From NCBI GenBank assembly GCA_032718475.1, contig JAUCBJ010003673.1:1-64000 (forward strand): DNA of 64,000 nt, read 5' to 3'. The stretch comes from Nemertoderma westbladi. Taxonomy: Eukaryota > Animalia > Xenacoelomorpha. A model generated the notes under the pieces. The model saw only the letters and a program-made list of their open reading frames with translations. It made no database searches and was not told the DNA's origin. Positions 1-14,895 of the stretch are shown here, piece by piece. The translations under genes and the position numbers were made by a program. Positions within the stretch are counted from its first letter, which is position 1. The number at the start of each line of letters is the position of its first letter.

Positions 1-34
1 GTAACTTTCAAAAATATTGGAACTTTTTATCTAG

Positions 35-240
35 TAAGCAAAAGCAAAGAGCAAACAGTCGGCCGAGGCCGGATGCGACCCGAAGACTCCTCTTCGACAG
101 CTGCTACTCGAGGGGTTATTTAACTGGTACTAATTTTATCGACCCCAGTGAATGAAAGGCTGTGTGGACCCGGGCGAGGCTGAAACTATAACCAATAGAT
201 TGCAGGCCCGCTGCTTAACCTACTGAGCTACCCCGCCGCC
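35..240 (-). mobile_element. tRNA-derived SINE with Deu/Nin-like central domain
   Basis: Minus strand: A-box GGTAGCTCAGTAGG and a degenerate B-box, then CAGCCTTTCATTCACTGGGGTCGATAAAATTAGTACC (resembles the Deu/Nin core), ending in a (TTTGC)n-like tail. Confidence 0.65.
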
Positions 241-856
241 TAAGTATGCCCATACAAAATTTGGTTGAAAATTGTTAAAATCTTGAAAAGTTATTTACGA
301 ATGAATTTTTCATTACAGAATGACATGATATTTTGCCCTATTTACTAATTATAATTGTACGCTATGGCTCGCCCTGACTGCGTGGCTCGCCCCACAGTAC
401 ATTTGTGTAGCTTAGAGCTTATCATAACTCGTTGTGTTTGGAATGGACCAGGATCAGCGCCGCAGCTGTAATTATGTTATGGGGATGAAAATATTTATTG
501 CACACGATGTGGACACCGTTTTCAACATTTGTTCCCAGTGTCTTCACTTCCTGTAGTTGATCTTTACGACAACGACGACGTCTACGAGTAATCACAATTT
601 TGGTCGTTAGTTGGCCCTAATGGCAATGGATCTGTCGGACAGTTATAATTTACAAATACTCTAAACATTAAAAGGCCAAGGCATCCAAGACAAAAGCTTA
701 TAGAGGAATTGGATGCGACATTTGCTCGTTATGGTAGTGGAAGATCTACTGGTGGATAGTCAGAACATATCTGTGGTCTACAAGACTACTCCTCCGTTAT
801 ATCCCATTTTCATTTTTCGATACCGCATTTTTGGAACCAGCTTGTTAAATTACATC

Positions 857-1023
857 ATATTCTTCGGCCACTTTTTTTATTTTCATATTCCATTTCTGAT
901 AATTGGCAATTTTGTAAAAAAACTAAGTTTTTTGAAAATTGAAAAAATCCACGTTTTATGTTTTTTTCTTAAAAAATTGCATGCGGAAATATTCTGAAAT
1001 AAAAAAAAGTGGCCGAAGAATAT
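857..1023. repeat. Inverted repeat, probable MITE remnant
   Basis: ATATTCTTCGGCCACTTTTTTTATTT at about 857 pairs with AAATAAAAAAAAGTGGCCGAAGAATAT ending at 1023. An outer pair is ACTACTCCTCCG (about 785) / CGGAGGAGTAGT (about 1084). Confidence 0.5.
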
Positions 1024-1277
1024 TAAAACTTATTAAATTTCCTTTCATAAAAATTAAAAATCACAAAAAAGGTAAAGAAATGGCGGAGGAGTAGTGTTTT
1101 TTGTGTAATAAATGTAATTCCGAAATAATTGCCTTTGAAGTTTGAACCTTCCCGCGAAAAAACTGTCTGTTTAGGGGTTTTCAGGGTCGCCGAATCCATT
1201 TCGAGTGTCAGTATTAACATTTGATGACTTTCAAATTGTCTGTTTGGTTTGCAGGCTGTCGGTTATATTTTGATATA

Positions 1278-4200
1278 TTATATCACTATTTATCCACCCG
1301 AATACTCACTTATATCACTATTTATCCACACTAATACTCACTTATATCACTATTTATCCACACTAATACTCACTTATATCACTATTTATCCACACCAATA
1401 CTCACTTATATCACTATTTATCCACACTAATACTCACTTATATCACTATTTATCCACACTAATACTCACTTATATCACTATTTATCCACACTAATACTCA
1501 CTTATATCACTATTTATCCACACTAATACTCACTTATATCACTATTTATCCACACTAATACTCACTTATATCACTATTTATCCACACCAATACTCACTTA
1601 TATCACTATTTATCCACACTAATACTCACTTATATCACTATTTATCCACACTAATACTCACTTATTATCACTATTTATCCACACTAATACTCACTTATAT
1701 CACTATTTATCCACACTAATACTCACTTATATCACTATTTATCTACACCAATACTCTCTTATATCACTATTTATCCACACTAATACTCACTTATTATCAC
1801 TATTTATCCACACTAATACTCACTTATATCACTATTTATCCACACCAATACTCACTTATATCACTATTTATCCACACTAATACTCACTTATATCACTATT
1901 TATCCACACTAATACTCTCTTATATCACTATTTATCCACACTAATACTCACTTATATCACTATTTATCCACACCATACTCACTTATATCACTATTTATCC
2001 ACACTAATACTCACTTATATCACTATTTATCCACACTAATACTCACTTATATCACCATTTATCCACACTAATACTCACTTATATCACTATTTATCCACAC
2101 TAATACTCACTTATATCACTATTTATCCACACTAATACTCACTTATATCACTATTTATCCACACTAATACTCACTTATATCACTATTTATCCACACCAAT
2201 ACTCACTTATATCACTATTTATCTACACCAATACTCTCTTATATCACTATTTATCCACACTAATACTCACTTATTATCACTATTTATCCACACTAATACT
2301 CACTTATTATCACTATTTATCCACACTAATACTCACTTATATCACTATTTATCCACACTAATACTCACTTATATCACTATTTATCCACACTAATACTCAC
2401 TTATATCACTATTTATCCACACTAATACTCACTTATATCACTATTTATCTACACCAATACTCACTTATATCACTATTTATCCACACTAATACTCACTTAT
2501 ATCACTATTTATCCACACTAATACTCACTTATTATCACTATTTATCCACACTAATACTCACTTATATCACTATTTATCCACACTAATACTCACTTATATC
2601 ACTATTTATCCACACCTACTCACTTATATCACTATTTATCCACACTAATACTCACTTATATCACTATTTATCCACACTAATACTCACTTATATCACTATT
2701 TATCCACACTAATACTCACTTATATCACTATTTATCCACACCACTCACTTATATCACTATTTATCCACACTAATACTCACTTAATCACTATTTATCCACA
2801 CTAATACTCACTTATATCACCATTTATCCACACTAATACTCACTTATATCACTATTAATCCACACTAATACTCACTTATATCACTATTTATCCACACTAA
2901 TACTCACTTATATCACTATTTATCCACACTAATACTCACTTATATCACTATTTATCCACACTAATACTCACTTATATCACTATTTATCCACACTAATACT
3001 CACTTATATCACTATTTATCCACACTAATACTCACTTATATCACTATTTATCCACACTAATACTCACTTATATCACTATTTATCCACACTAATACTCACT
3101 TATATCACTATTTATCCACACTAATACTCACTTATATCACTATTTATCCACACTAATACTCACTTATATCACTATTTATCCACACTAATACTCACTTATA
3201 TCACTATTTATCCACACTAATACTCACTTATATCACTATTTATCCACACTAATACTCACTTATATCACTATTTATCCACACTAATACTCACTTATATCAC
3301 TATTTATCCACACTAATACTCACTTATATCACTATTTATCCACACTAATACTCACTTATATCACTATTTATCCACACTAATACTCACTTATATCACTATT
3401 TATCCACACCAATACTCACTTATATCACTATTTATCTACACCAATACTCTCTTATATCACTATTTATCCACACTAATACTCACTTATTATCACTATTTAT
3501 CCACACTAATACTCACTTATATCACTATTTATCCACACTAATACTCACTTATATCACTATTTATCCACACTAATACTCACTTATATCACTATTTATCCAC
3601 ACTAATACTCACTTATATCACTATTTATCCACACTAATACTCACTTATATCACTATTTATCCACACTAATACTCACTTATATCACTATTTATCCACACTA
3701 ATACTCACTTATATCACTATTTATCCACACTAATACTCACTTATATCACTATTTATCCACACTAATACTCACTTATATCACTATTTATCCACACTAATAC
3801 TCACTTATATCACTATTTATCCACACTAATACTCACTTATATCACTATTTATCCACACCAATACTCACTTATATCACTATTTATCCACACTAATACTCAC
3901 TTATATCACTATTTATCCACACCACTCACTTATATCACTATTTATCCACACTAATACTCACTTATATCACTATTTATCCACACTAATACTCTCTTATATC
4001 ACTATTTATCCACACTAATACTCACTTATATCACTATTTATCCACACCACTCACTTATATCACTATTTATCCACACTAATACTCACTTAATCACTATTTA
4101 TCCACACTAATACTCACTTATATCACTATTTATCCACACTAATACTCACTTATATCACTATTTATCCACACTAATACTCACTTATTATCACTATTTATCC

Positions 4201-7200
4201 ACACTAATACTCACTTATTATCACTATTTATCCACACTAATACTCACTTATATCACTATTTATCCACACTAATACTCACTTATATCACTATTTATCCACA
4301 CCAATACTCACTTATATCACTATTTATCTACACCAATACTCTCTTATATCACTATTTATCCACACTAATACTCACTTATTATCACTATTTATCCACACTA
4401 ATACTCACTTATTATCACTATTTATCCACACTAATACTCACTTATATCACTATTTATCCACACTAATACTCACTTATTATCACTATTTATCCACACTAAT
4501 ACTCACTTATATCACTATTTATCCACACTAATACTCACTTATATCACTATTTATCCACACTAATACTCACTTATATCACTATTTATCCACACCACTCACT
4601 TATATCACTATTTATCCACACTAATACTCACTTATATCACTATTTATCCACACTAATACTCACTTATATCACTATTTATCCACACTAATACTCACTTATA
4701 TCACTATTTATCCACACTAATACTCACTTATATCACTATTTATCCACACTAATACTCACTTATATCACTATTTATCCACACTAATACTCACTTATATCAC
4801 TATTTATCCACACTAATACTCACTTATATCACTATTTATCCACACTAATACTCACTTATATCACTATTTATCTACACCAATACTCTCTTATATCACTATT
4901 TATCCACACTAATACTCACTTATTATCACTATTTATCCACACTAATACTCACTTATATCACTATTTATCCACACCACTCACTTATATCACTATTTATCCA
5001 CACCACTCACTTATATCACTATTTATCCACACTAATACTCACTTATATCACTATTTATCCACACTAATACTCACTTATATCACTATTTATCCACACTAAT
5101 ACTCACTTATATCACTATTTATCCACACAAATACTCACTTATATCACTATTTATCCACACTAATACTCACTTATATCACTATTTATCCACACAAATACTC
5201 ACTTAATCACTATTTATCCACACTAATACTCACTTATATCACTATTTATCCACACTAATACTCACTTATATCACCATTTATCCACACCACTCACTTATAT
5301 CACTATTTATCCACACAAATACTCACTTAATCACTATTTATCCACACTAATACTCACTTATATCACTATTTATCCACACAAATACTCACTTATATCACTA
5401 TTTATCCACACAAATACTCACTTATATCACTATTTATCCACACTAATACTCACTTATATCACTATTTATCCACACAAATACTCACTTATATCACTATTTA
5501 TCCACACTAATACTCACTTATATCACTATTTATCCACACTAATACTCACTTATATCACTATTTATCCACACTAATACTCACTTATATCACTATTTATCCA
5601 CACCACTCACTTATATCACTATTTATCCACACTAATACTCACTTATATCACTATTTATCCACACTAATACTCACTTATATCACTATTTATCCACACTAAT
5701 ACTCACTTATATCACTATTTATCCACACCACTCACTTATATCACTATTTATCCACACTAATACTCACTTATATCACTATTTATCCACACTAATACTCACT
5801 TATATCACTATTTATCCACACTAATACTCACTTATATCACTATTTATCCACACAAATACTCACTTAATCACTATTTATCCACACAAATACTCACTTAATC
5901 ACTATTTATCCACACTAATACTCACTTATATCACTATTTATCCACACCACTCACTTATATCACTATTTATCCACACTAATACTCACTTATATCACTATTT
6001 ATCCACACTAATACTCACTTATATCACTATTTATCCACACTAATACTCACTCATATCACTATTTATCCACACAAATACTCACTTAATCACTATTTATCCA
6101 CACTAATACTCACTTATATCACTATTTATCTACACCAATACTCTCTTATATCACTATTTATCCACACGAATACTCACTTATTATCACTATTTATCCACAC
6201 TAATACTCACTTATATCACTATTTATCCACACCACTCACTTATATCACTATTTATCCACACCACTCACTTATATCACTATTTATCCACACTAATACTCAC
6301 TTATATCACTATTTATCCACACCACTCACTTATATCACTATTTATCCACACTAATACTCACTTATATCACTATTTATCCACACTAATACTCACTTATATC
6401 ACTATTTATCCACACTAATACTCACTTATATCACTATTTATCCACACAAATACTCACTTAATCACTATTTATCCACACTAATACTCACTTATATCACCAT
6501 TTATCCACACTAATACTCACTTATATCACCATTTATCCACACTAATACTCACTTATATCACTATTAATCCACACTAATACTCACATATATCTCTATTTAT
6601 CCACACTAATACTCACTTATATCACTATTTATCCACACCAATACTCACTTATATCACTATTTATCTACACCAATACTCTCTTATATCACTATTTATCCAC
6701 ACTAATACTCACTTATTATCACTATTTATCCACACTAATACTCACTTATATCACTATTTATCCACACCACTCACTTATATCACTATTTATCCACACTAAT
6801 ACTCACTTATATCACTATTTATCCACACTAATACTCACTTATATCACTATTTATCCACACTAATACTCACTTATATCACTATTTATCCACACAAATACTC
6901 ACTTAAGCACTATTTATCCACACTAATACTCACTTATATCACTATTTATCCACACTAATACTCACTTATATCACTATTTATCCACACTAATACTCACTTA
7001 TATCACTATTTATCCACACTAATACTCACTTATATCACTATTTATCCACACTAATACTCACTTATATCACTATTTATCCACACAAATACTCACTTAATCA
7101 CTATTTATCCACACTAATACTCACTTATATCACTATTTATCCACACTAATACTCACTTATATCACTATTTATCCACACAAATACTCACTTAATCACTATT

Positions 7201-8020
7201 TATCCACACTAATACTCACTTATATCACTATTTATCCACACTAATACTCACTTATATCACTATTTATCCACACAAATACTCACTTAAGCACTATTTATCC
7301 ACACTAATACTCACTTATATCACTATTTATCCACACTAATACTCACTTATATCACTATTTATCCACACTAATACTCACTTATATCACTATTTATCCACAC
7401 TAATACTCTCTTATATCACTATTTATCCACACAAATACTCACTTAATCACTATTTATCCACACTAATACTCACTTATATCACTATTGATCCACACTAATA
7501 CTCACTTATATCACTATTTATCCACACTAATACTCACCTATATCACTATTTATCCACACCAATACTCACTTATATCACTATTTATCCACACTAATACTCT
7601 CTTATATCACTATTTATCCACACTAATACTCACTTATATCACTATTTATCCACACTAATACTCTCTTATATCACTATTTATCCACACTAATACTCACTTA
7701 TTATCACTATTTATCCACACTAATACTCACTTATATCACTATTTATCCACACCACTCACTTATATCACTATTTATCCACACTAATACTCACTTATATCAC
7801 TATTTATCCACACTAATACTCACTTATATCACTATTTATCCACACTAATACTCACTTATATCACTATTTATCCACACTAATACTCACTTATATCACCATT
7901 TATCCACACTAATACTCACGCATATCACTATTTATCCACACTAATACTCACTTATATCACTATTTATCCACACTAATACTCACTTACATCACTATTTATC
8001 CGCACTAATACTCACTTATA
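1278..8020. repeat. 32-bp tandem satellite (about 210 units)
   Basis: Unit TATATCACTATTTATCCACACTAATACTCACT with recurrent variants such as ...CACCACTC, ...CACAAATAC and TTATTATC. Confidence 0.98.
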
Positions 8021-9784
8021 TACTTATAACTGTATATTTACTTACCGTATTAATATCTTCCCATACTCAAACTGTACCTACGCAAATTTAAGTCACTTAC
8101 TCTTGTAACGGGATCCAGGAGTTGGCTGATGGATCCCGACCGGTGGTGTGTTGTTGGTTTGGGCTATACGCGTCGCCGCGTCCGTAGGCTGCTGAAAGGC
8201 TGTGGTGTCTGAACGTTAAGGCCGAAGGCCGTTGGAATAACTGAGTTTTAGTGTCAGTCGTTATAATGTCAGGACGTAATAATAGCACAATCAGAATATA
8301 ATAGCACGGTAGTGACGACAGTTAAAAACCGTTCTGGTCTCACAACTCTACAGATACCAACTGAATCACAATCAATAAGCACAACGGTTTTATTACCGAC
8401 ACATATTGGTTACTCCTACTGTTCTAAGCGGCCTGGCCAATGGATGCATTCCAATCACCTGTTTTCCCCTCCCATCGTTGGCTAATTGGTAAACCATAAT
8501 TGGTAAAAAGCCACTTTGCCCATTTTCCGCTGGGTAGTGCAGGGAATTGAATCCGCTTACAACTCTACTATATACAATTCCACACACAACAGACATTAAC
8601 AAAATCCAATAAGTTATTTCTCAATGTGCAGTTGCGGAAAATCTGAAAAGGGCCATGGGATCATATTCTGTATCATTACCGTACCGGCTTAAAGGACCCC
8701 GTAAGGGACCAGAAATAATGCAAAAAAAACCTGTATTTGTAATTTCAGTTTTCAGCTTAATTTCAGTTTCAAAGTTATTTTCAGTGTTCAGCACAAAAGC
8801 AAAAATATGTGATAATAATAAGTTACTGTTGTATAGCAATTAGCAATAGCAATAATAATAATAATAATTTTTTTATAAAGCGCACTATACATGATGATCT
8901 AGGCGCTAATACAATAGCAATGTGCATGATAACTAAATTAGTTCCTACTGTATATATGTAATAGCTACCGGTACAGTATATAAATAATTTACATTTGAAG
9001 TAAAGGGGACTAAAATATCGTTATTGGGAAATAATGTTACCGAAACTAAATAAATTTAAGTTGTAATGAGCAAATACATGGAAAAGCCGACGTACAGTAG
9101 TAGATAGCACAAAACCAGTTATAATTGTAGTGACGCAATGCACGGTAAAGCTGCGCAGTTGTCACTGTGTAAGCACAATAGTGGTTAATTCATTTGCATT
9201 TTAATGTATATTTCAGATAAACTAAAATGGTTAGCTAAATATACTGTGCTAAAAATAACTATTTAGTGTAAAGGTTACAAAAAAAGCTAATTTGTGCCAC
9301 CATTATGGTTTTACTAATTGAAAGTCACATAAAAACATAAATATCAACCATCGAAAAGATTCCTCCATTGTAAAATAATTAAATCGAAATAGTAAATCAA
9401 GTAATGCAGCTCCTATATATTATAATATGATAGAATATTAAATAAACTATTTGGCACATTTTTTAGACAAAAAAATGACTTTCAACAAATAAAGTCCATA
9501 CTAAAACTAGAGATTGTCTTCTTGTCAAGGGTCCAGATAAATCAATATCACATTCGTTGTAGTTTATGCTTTCCATTATCGTTTATAACTAAAGTCCTGC
9601 CTCCCCTTAGGTCTAGTTGATTTACATAGTGGTTGATAAGAGAAATTAAGCGCCATTGTATATGGCATTGATAGCAGGGGTTAGTGGTTACCCAAAATAA
9701 TTGTCAATGCAGTGATTTCTATATTTTGGACACAGGACAGCGCAGCCCTTTATGAATCACCAGCAAGGTAAAGCAAGGTTGCCG

Positions 9785-12752
9785 TGGATACAATAACAAA
9801 TGTATATAATAACAAATGGATCCAATAACAAATATATATAATAACTAATCATCTAGAACTAAGGGATCCAAAGGCTAATGGATCCAATAGCCAATGGATC
9901 CAATAACCAATGGATCCATTAACTAATGGAACCAATAACCAATGGATCCAATACCAATGGATCCAATAACCAATGATTCCAATAACCAATGGATCCAATA
10001 ACTAATGGATCCAATAACCAATGAACCCAATAACAAATATGGATCCAATAACAAATCGACCAAATAATCAATGGATCCAAAAACCCCAATTACAAATATA
10101 ACCAATGGATCCAATAACCAATGGATCCAATAAGCAATCGATCCAATAACCAATGTATCCCATAACCAATGGCTCCAATAACCAATGGATCCAATAACCA
10201 ACGGATACAATAACTAATAGATCCAATAACCAATGGATCCAACAACCAATGGATCCCATAACCATTGGATCCAATAACCAATGGATCCAATAACCAATGG
10301 ATCCAATAACCAATGGATTCAATAACCAATGGATCCAATAACCAATGGATCCAATAACCAATGGATCCAATAACCATTGGATCCAATAACCAATGGATCT
10401 AATAACCTATGGATCCAATAACCAATGGATCCAATAACCAATGGATCCAATAACCAATGGATCCAATAACCAATGGATCCAATAAACAATGGATCCAATA
10501 ACCAATGGATCCAATAACCAATGTATCCAATAACCAATGGATCCAATAACCAATGGATCTCATAACCAATGGCTCCAATAACCAATGGATCCAAAATCCC
10601 AATGGATCCAATAACAAATGGATCCAATAACCAATAGATCCAATAACCAACAGATACAATAATTAATGGATCCAACAACCAATGGATCCAATAACAAATG
10701 GATCCAACAACCAATGGATCCAATGAACAATGGATCCAATAACAAATGGATCCAATAACCAATGGATCCAATAACCAATTGATCCAATAACCAACGGATA
10801 CAATAATTAATGGATCCCAATGGATCCAATAACAAATGGATCCAATAACCAATAGATCCAATAACCAACAGATACAATAATTAATGGATCCAACAACCAA
10901 TGGATCCAATAACAAATGGATCCAACAACCAATGGATCCAATGAACAATGGATCCAATAACAAATGGATCCAATAACCAATGGATCCAATAACCAATTGA
11001 TCCAATAACCAACGGATACAATAATTAATGGATCCAACAACCAATGGATCCAATAACAAATGGATCCAACAACCAATGGATCCAATTAACAATGGATCCA
11101 ATAACCAATGGATCCAATAACCAATGGATCCAATAACCCATGGATCCAATAACCAATGGATACAATAACCAATGGATCCAATAACCAATGGATCCACTAA
11201 CCAATGGACCCATAACCAATGGCTCCAATAACCAATGGATCCAAAAACCAATTGATCCAATAACCAATGGATCCAATAATCAACGGATACAATAATTAAT
11301 GGATCCAACAACCAATGGATTCAATAACCAATGGATCCAACAACCAATGGATCCAACAACCAATGGATCCAATAACCAATGGATCCAATAACCAATGGAT
11401 CCAATTACCAATGGATCCAATAACCAATGGATCCAATAACCAATGGATCCAATAACCAATGGATCCAATAACCAATGGATCCAATAACCAATGGATCCAA
11501 TAACCAATGGATCCAATAACCAATGGCTCCAATAACCAATGGATCCAATAACCAATGGATCCAATAACCAATGGATCCAATAACCAATGGATCCCATAAC
11601 CAATGGCTCCAATAACCAATGGATCCAAAAACCAATTGATCATATAACCAATGGATACAATAACCAATGGATCCAATAACCAACGGATACAATAATTAAT
11701 GGATCCAACAACCAATGGATCCAACAACAAATGGATCCAACAACCAATGGATCCAATAAACAATGGATCCAACAACCAATGGATCCAGCAACCAATGGAT
11801 CCAATAACCAATGGACCCAATACCCAATATTAATCCAATAACTAATCGACCAAATAATCAATGGATCCAATAACCCCAATTACAAATAAAACCACCAATA
11901 ACCAATGGATCCAATAACCAATGGATCCCATAACCAATGGCTCCAATAACCAATGGATCCAAAAACCAATTGATCATATAACCAATGGATACAATAACCA
12001 ATGGATCCAATAACCAACGGATACAATAATTAATGGATCCAACAACCAATGGATCCAACAACAAATGGATCCAACAACCAATGGATCCAATAAACAATGG
12101 ATCCAACAACCAATGGATCCAATAACCAATGGATCCAATAACAAATGGATCCCATAACCAATGGCTCCAATAACCAATGGATCCAAAAACCAATTGATCA
12201 TATAACCAATGGATACAATAACCAATGGATCCAACAAGCAATGGATCCAACAACAAATGGATCCAACAACCAATGGATCCAATAAACAATGGATCCAACA
12301 ACCAATGGATCCAACAACCAATGGATCCAACAACCAATGGATCCAATAACCAATGGACCCAATAACCAATATTAATCCAATAACTAATCGACCAAATAAT
12401 CAATGGATCCAATAACCCCAATTACAAATAAAACCAATGGATTCAATAACCAATGGATGCCATAACCAATGGATGCCATAACCAATGGCTCCAATAACCA
12501 ATGGATTCAAAAACCAATTGATCCTATAACCAATGGATCCAATAACCAATGGATCCAATAACCAACGGATACAATAATTAATGGATCCAACTACCAATGG
12601 ATCCAATAACAAATGGATCCAACAACCAATGGATCCAATAACCAATGGATCCAATAACCAATGGATCCAATAACCAATGGATCCAATAACCAATGGATCC
12701 AATAACCAATGGATCCACTAACCAATGGATCCAATAACTAATGGATCCAATA
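9785..12752. repeat. 16-bp tandem satellite with higher-order variants
   Basis: Unit CCAATGGATCCAATAA, with a BamHI site per unit. The variant block ACCAAATAATCAATGGATCC...CCCAATTACAAAT recurs at about 10060, 11850 and 12391. Confidence 0.97.
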
Positions 12753-14116
12753 AATATAATTAGTAATACCAATAGATATAATTATGATCAATTGATCCTT
12801 GTGGAAGTTAAAATGGGGTAAAAAGCGGCTCATAAAGTAGCATATTATAGCACACTATCACAATTAGCGTTGCCTAGGTTAATTTCCGGATATTACTCTT
12901 ATACCTAGTAGAACAATAGGAATAGTAAATTAAATATTACATGTTATAACACCCACAATATTCACTTCACAATATTGCTTCTATTTCATTTTCAGAATAG
13001 TTTCTATTTAACATTCTGCTGCTTTAATGGTTGTAAAGCAATTGATAGGTTAAAGTCATTGAGCTAGGGTTATAGTTGTCGCACAGCTATCGTAGCATGG
13101 ATTGGCCAACCGCTAAACAATCATACAATAAAAATATCCTGACAGTGTTATAAGGTGCTACTTTTTACTCGTGATATGTAGGATACTATATAATAATTAC
13201 TACATTAGACATACAATGATTAATTGTTGAATGTAACACCGAAATACAAAATAATTGTCCTACTGTAAAAGCTAAAAATACTAAACAAACATATCGCCAA
13301 ACATTCGAATGAATAAGATTAATATATTAAAAGAATTGACATTTAATTATCCTGATCACTGATTAGTTTTTAGAAACTCAAGACAAAGTTCTTACGGTAA
13401 TAATATTTGTTTGTTTGTCGTCATTCGGGTTTGAGCCCCCCCCCCCCCCCCCCCTGGTATTCTAATTAAGCCCAATTAATTAGATTTATAATATTATTTA
13501 ATCTTACAATTTACAGAAACAACCTGTTTTGAAAAACGAATCGATGGTATCTCGAATGCGATTGGTTCCAAAAGATTTTGGGTACAGACTGGCTAATATA
13601 ATAAGATGGCGGGCGTAGTTAATAGTTAATGTAATAGATATAAAATATATTAATATATACTAAAATATATTGTGCAATTATTAGAGTTAGTGATTACATT
13701 ATATAGAGGAGTGGTTAGCGACATAAAACGGTGAAATTGTGACAAAAGTGACAAACAATTTTTTTTAAAGGACCTTTGAGTATAGATAGATGAAGAAAAT
13801 AATGCCATTCCTAAAAAGCAATCGAATGCAAAATTTAGGGCAGATTATCTGAATTTCGGTTAAATTAAATTAGTGACAAGCAGTACTTTCCTACAACGTT
13901 TATTTTATATCGAATACACTATTTTATCTGAAAAATGTAACGAGTTATCAGTAATAAATAATTTTACATTTAATTTACATTAGGTACCGGTATCGGGTAT
14001 AGCACTACCAGCTGACGCTTAATTATAAATTTATCTATGCATTCATTGTCGACTGTAGTACCATTGACGTAATTTCCAAGTTATAATTAATAATTGGCAA
14101 AGATCAGATGTTTTTA

Positions 14117-14176
14117 GGTCGGGTCTCGAACCCAGTAAAGAATAACACAGCTGTAGCGATCTGACGACTGAGCTAA
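14117..14176 (-). mobile_element. Degenerate tRNA-like/SINE head fragment
   Basis: TAGCTCAGTCG A-box and GGTTCGAGACCC B-box on the minus strand; no intact cloverleaf. Confidence 0.35.
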
Positions 14177-14895
14177 AATTTCCAATTTTCTATCACTACA
14201 ATAGTGATAGAAACACTTTATGCCTAATGCCACTACTTTATTTTAGTGAAAAAAAGTTAAGAATAGTGAGCCGAAAGCAGTATTTTCTTCCACTGTTTTC
14301 TACCAATTTTAGTGAAAAAAAATGAAGTTTTCAGATAAAAAAACTTTAGTCAAATGGCTAACAATAAATTGTATTCCCTTCACATCGAATCGCAGTTTAT
14401 TGCAAAATTAATTAAATTATTCTGGGTTGTATTTATGTCAATTTCTTTAGAATTTCCAGCAATAAATATAAAATATATGTTCCACAGATCCACACAAATA
14501 CATTTCTTTGGAGCTCCAATAGTTACCAATAGTTACCTTTGGAGCCCCATCCATAGTTACTAAGTTACTCACAAAAAACTTTTGTCACACTCCACTAATG
14601 ATTCACTGATCGCTATCTTAATTAATCAATAATCATAAAATGTTGTGCAACATATTTCTGGAATAAATCAACATAACTGACTTTACAAAAATCACATAAC
14701 TGTACAAATCTGTACATTGATTGTGTTATTGGTTGATGTATGTTCGAATATTTAGTTTATATTTTATTTGTGTTTCCGGTACTATCTCCACAAACACACC
14801 AAGTCTCGTATACAAAACAATAAGTATTGTGCCTCAGTAAATAATATTGTTTGTCTTAAATATATAATAAATGATTGATTACAATATTCTGATAG

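Noticed and set aside
713-1220. Short ORFs in AT-rich sequence
   Set aside because: Composition is low-complexity F/I/K-rich, they overlap an inverted-repeat remnant, and no domain motif is visible.
1278-8020. TTATCCACA (bacterial DnaA box) in nearly every 32-bp unit; superficially oriC- or CRISPR-like
   Set aside because: The context is eukaryotic, units are head-to-tail with no unique spacers, and there are no cas or rep genes. The match is coincidental.
9923-12772. Many overlapping minus-strand ORFs (WIHWLLDPLVIGSIGY repeats)
   Set aside because: The 16-bp satellite unit lacks stop codons on that strand, so all three frames give the same peptide. There is no evidence of coding.
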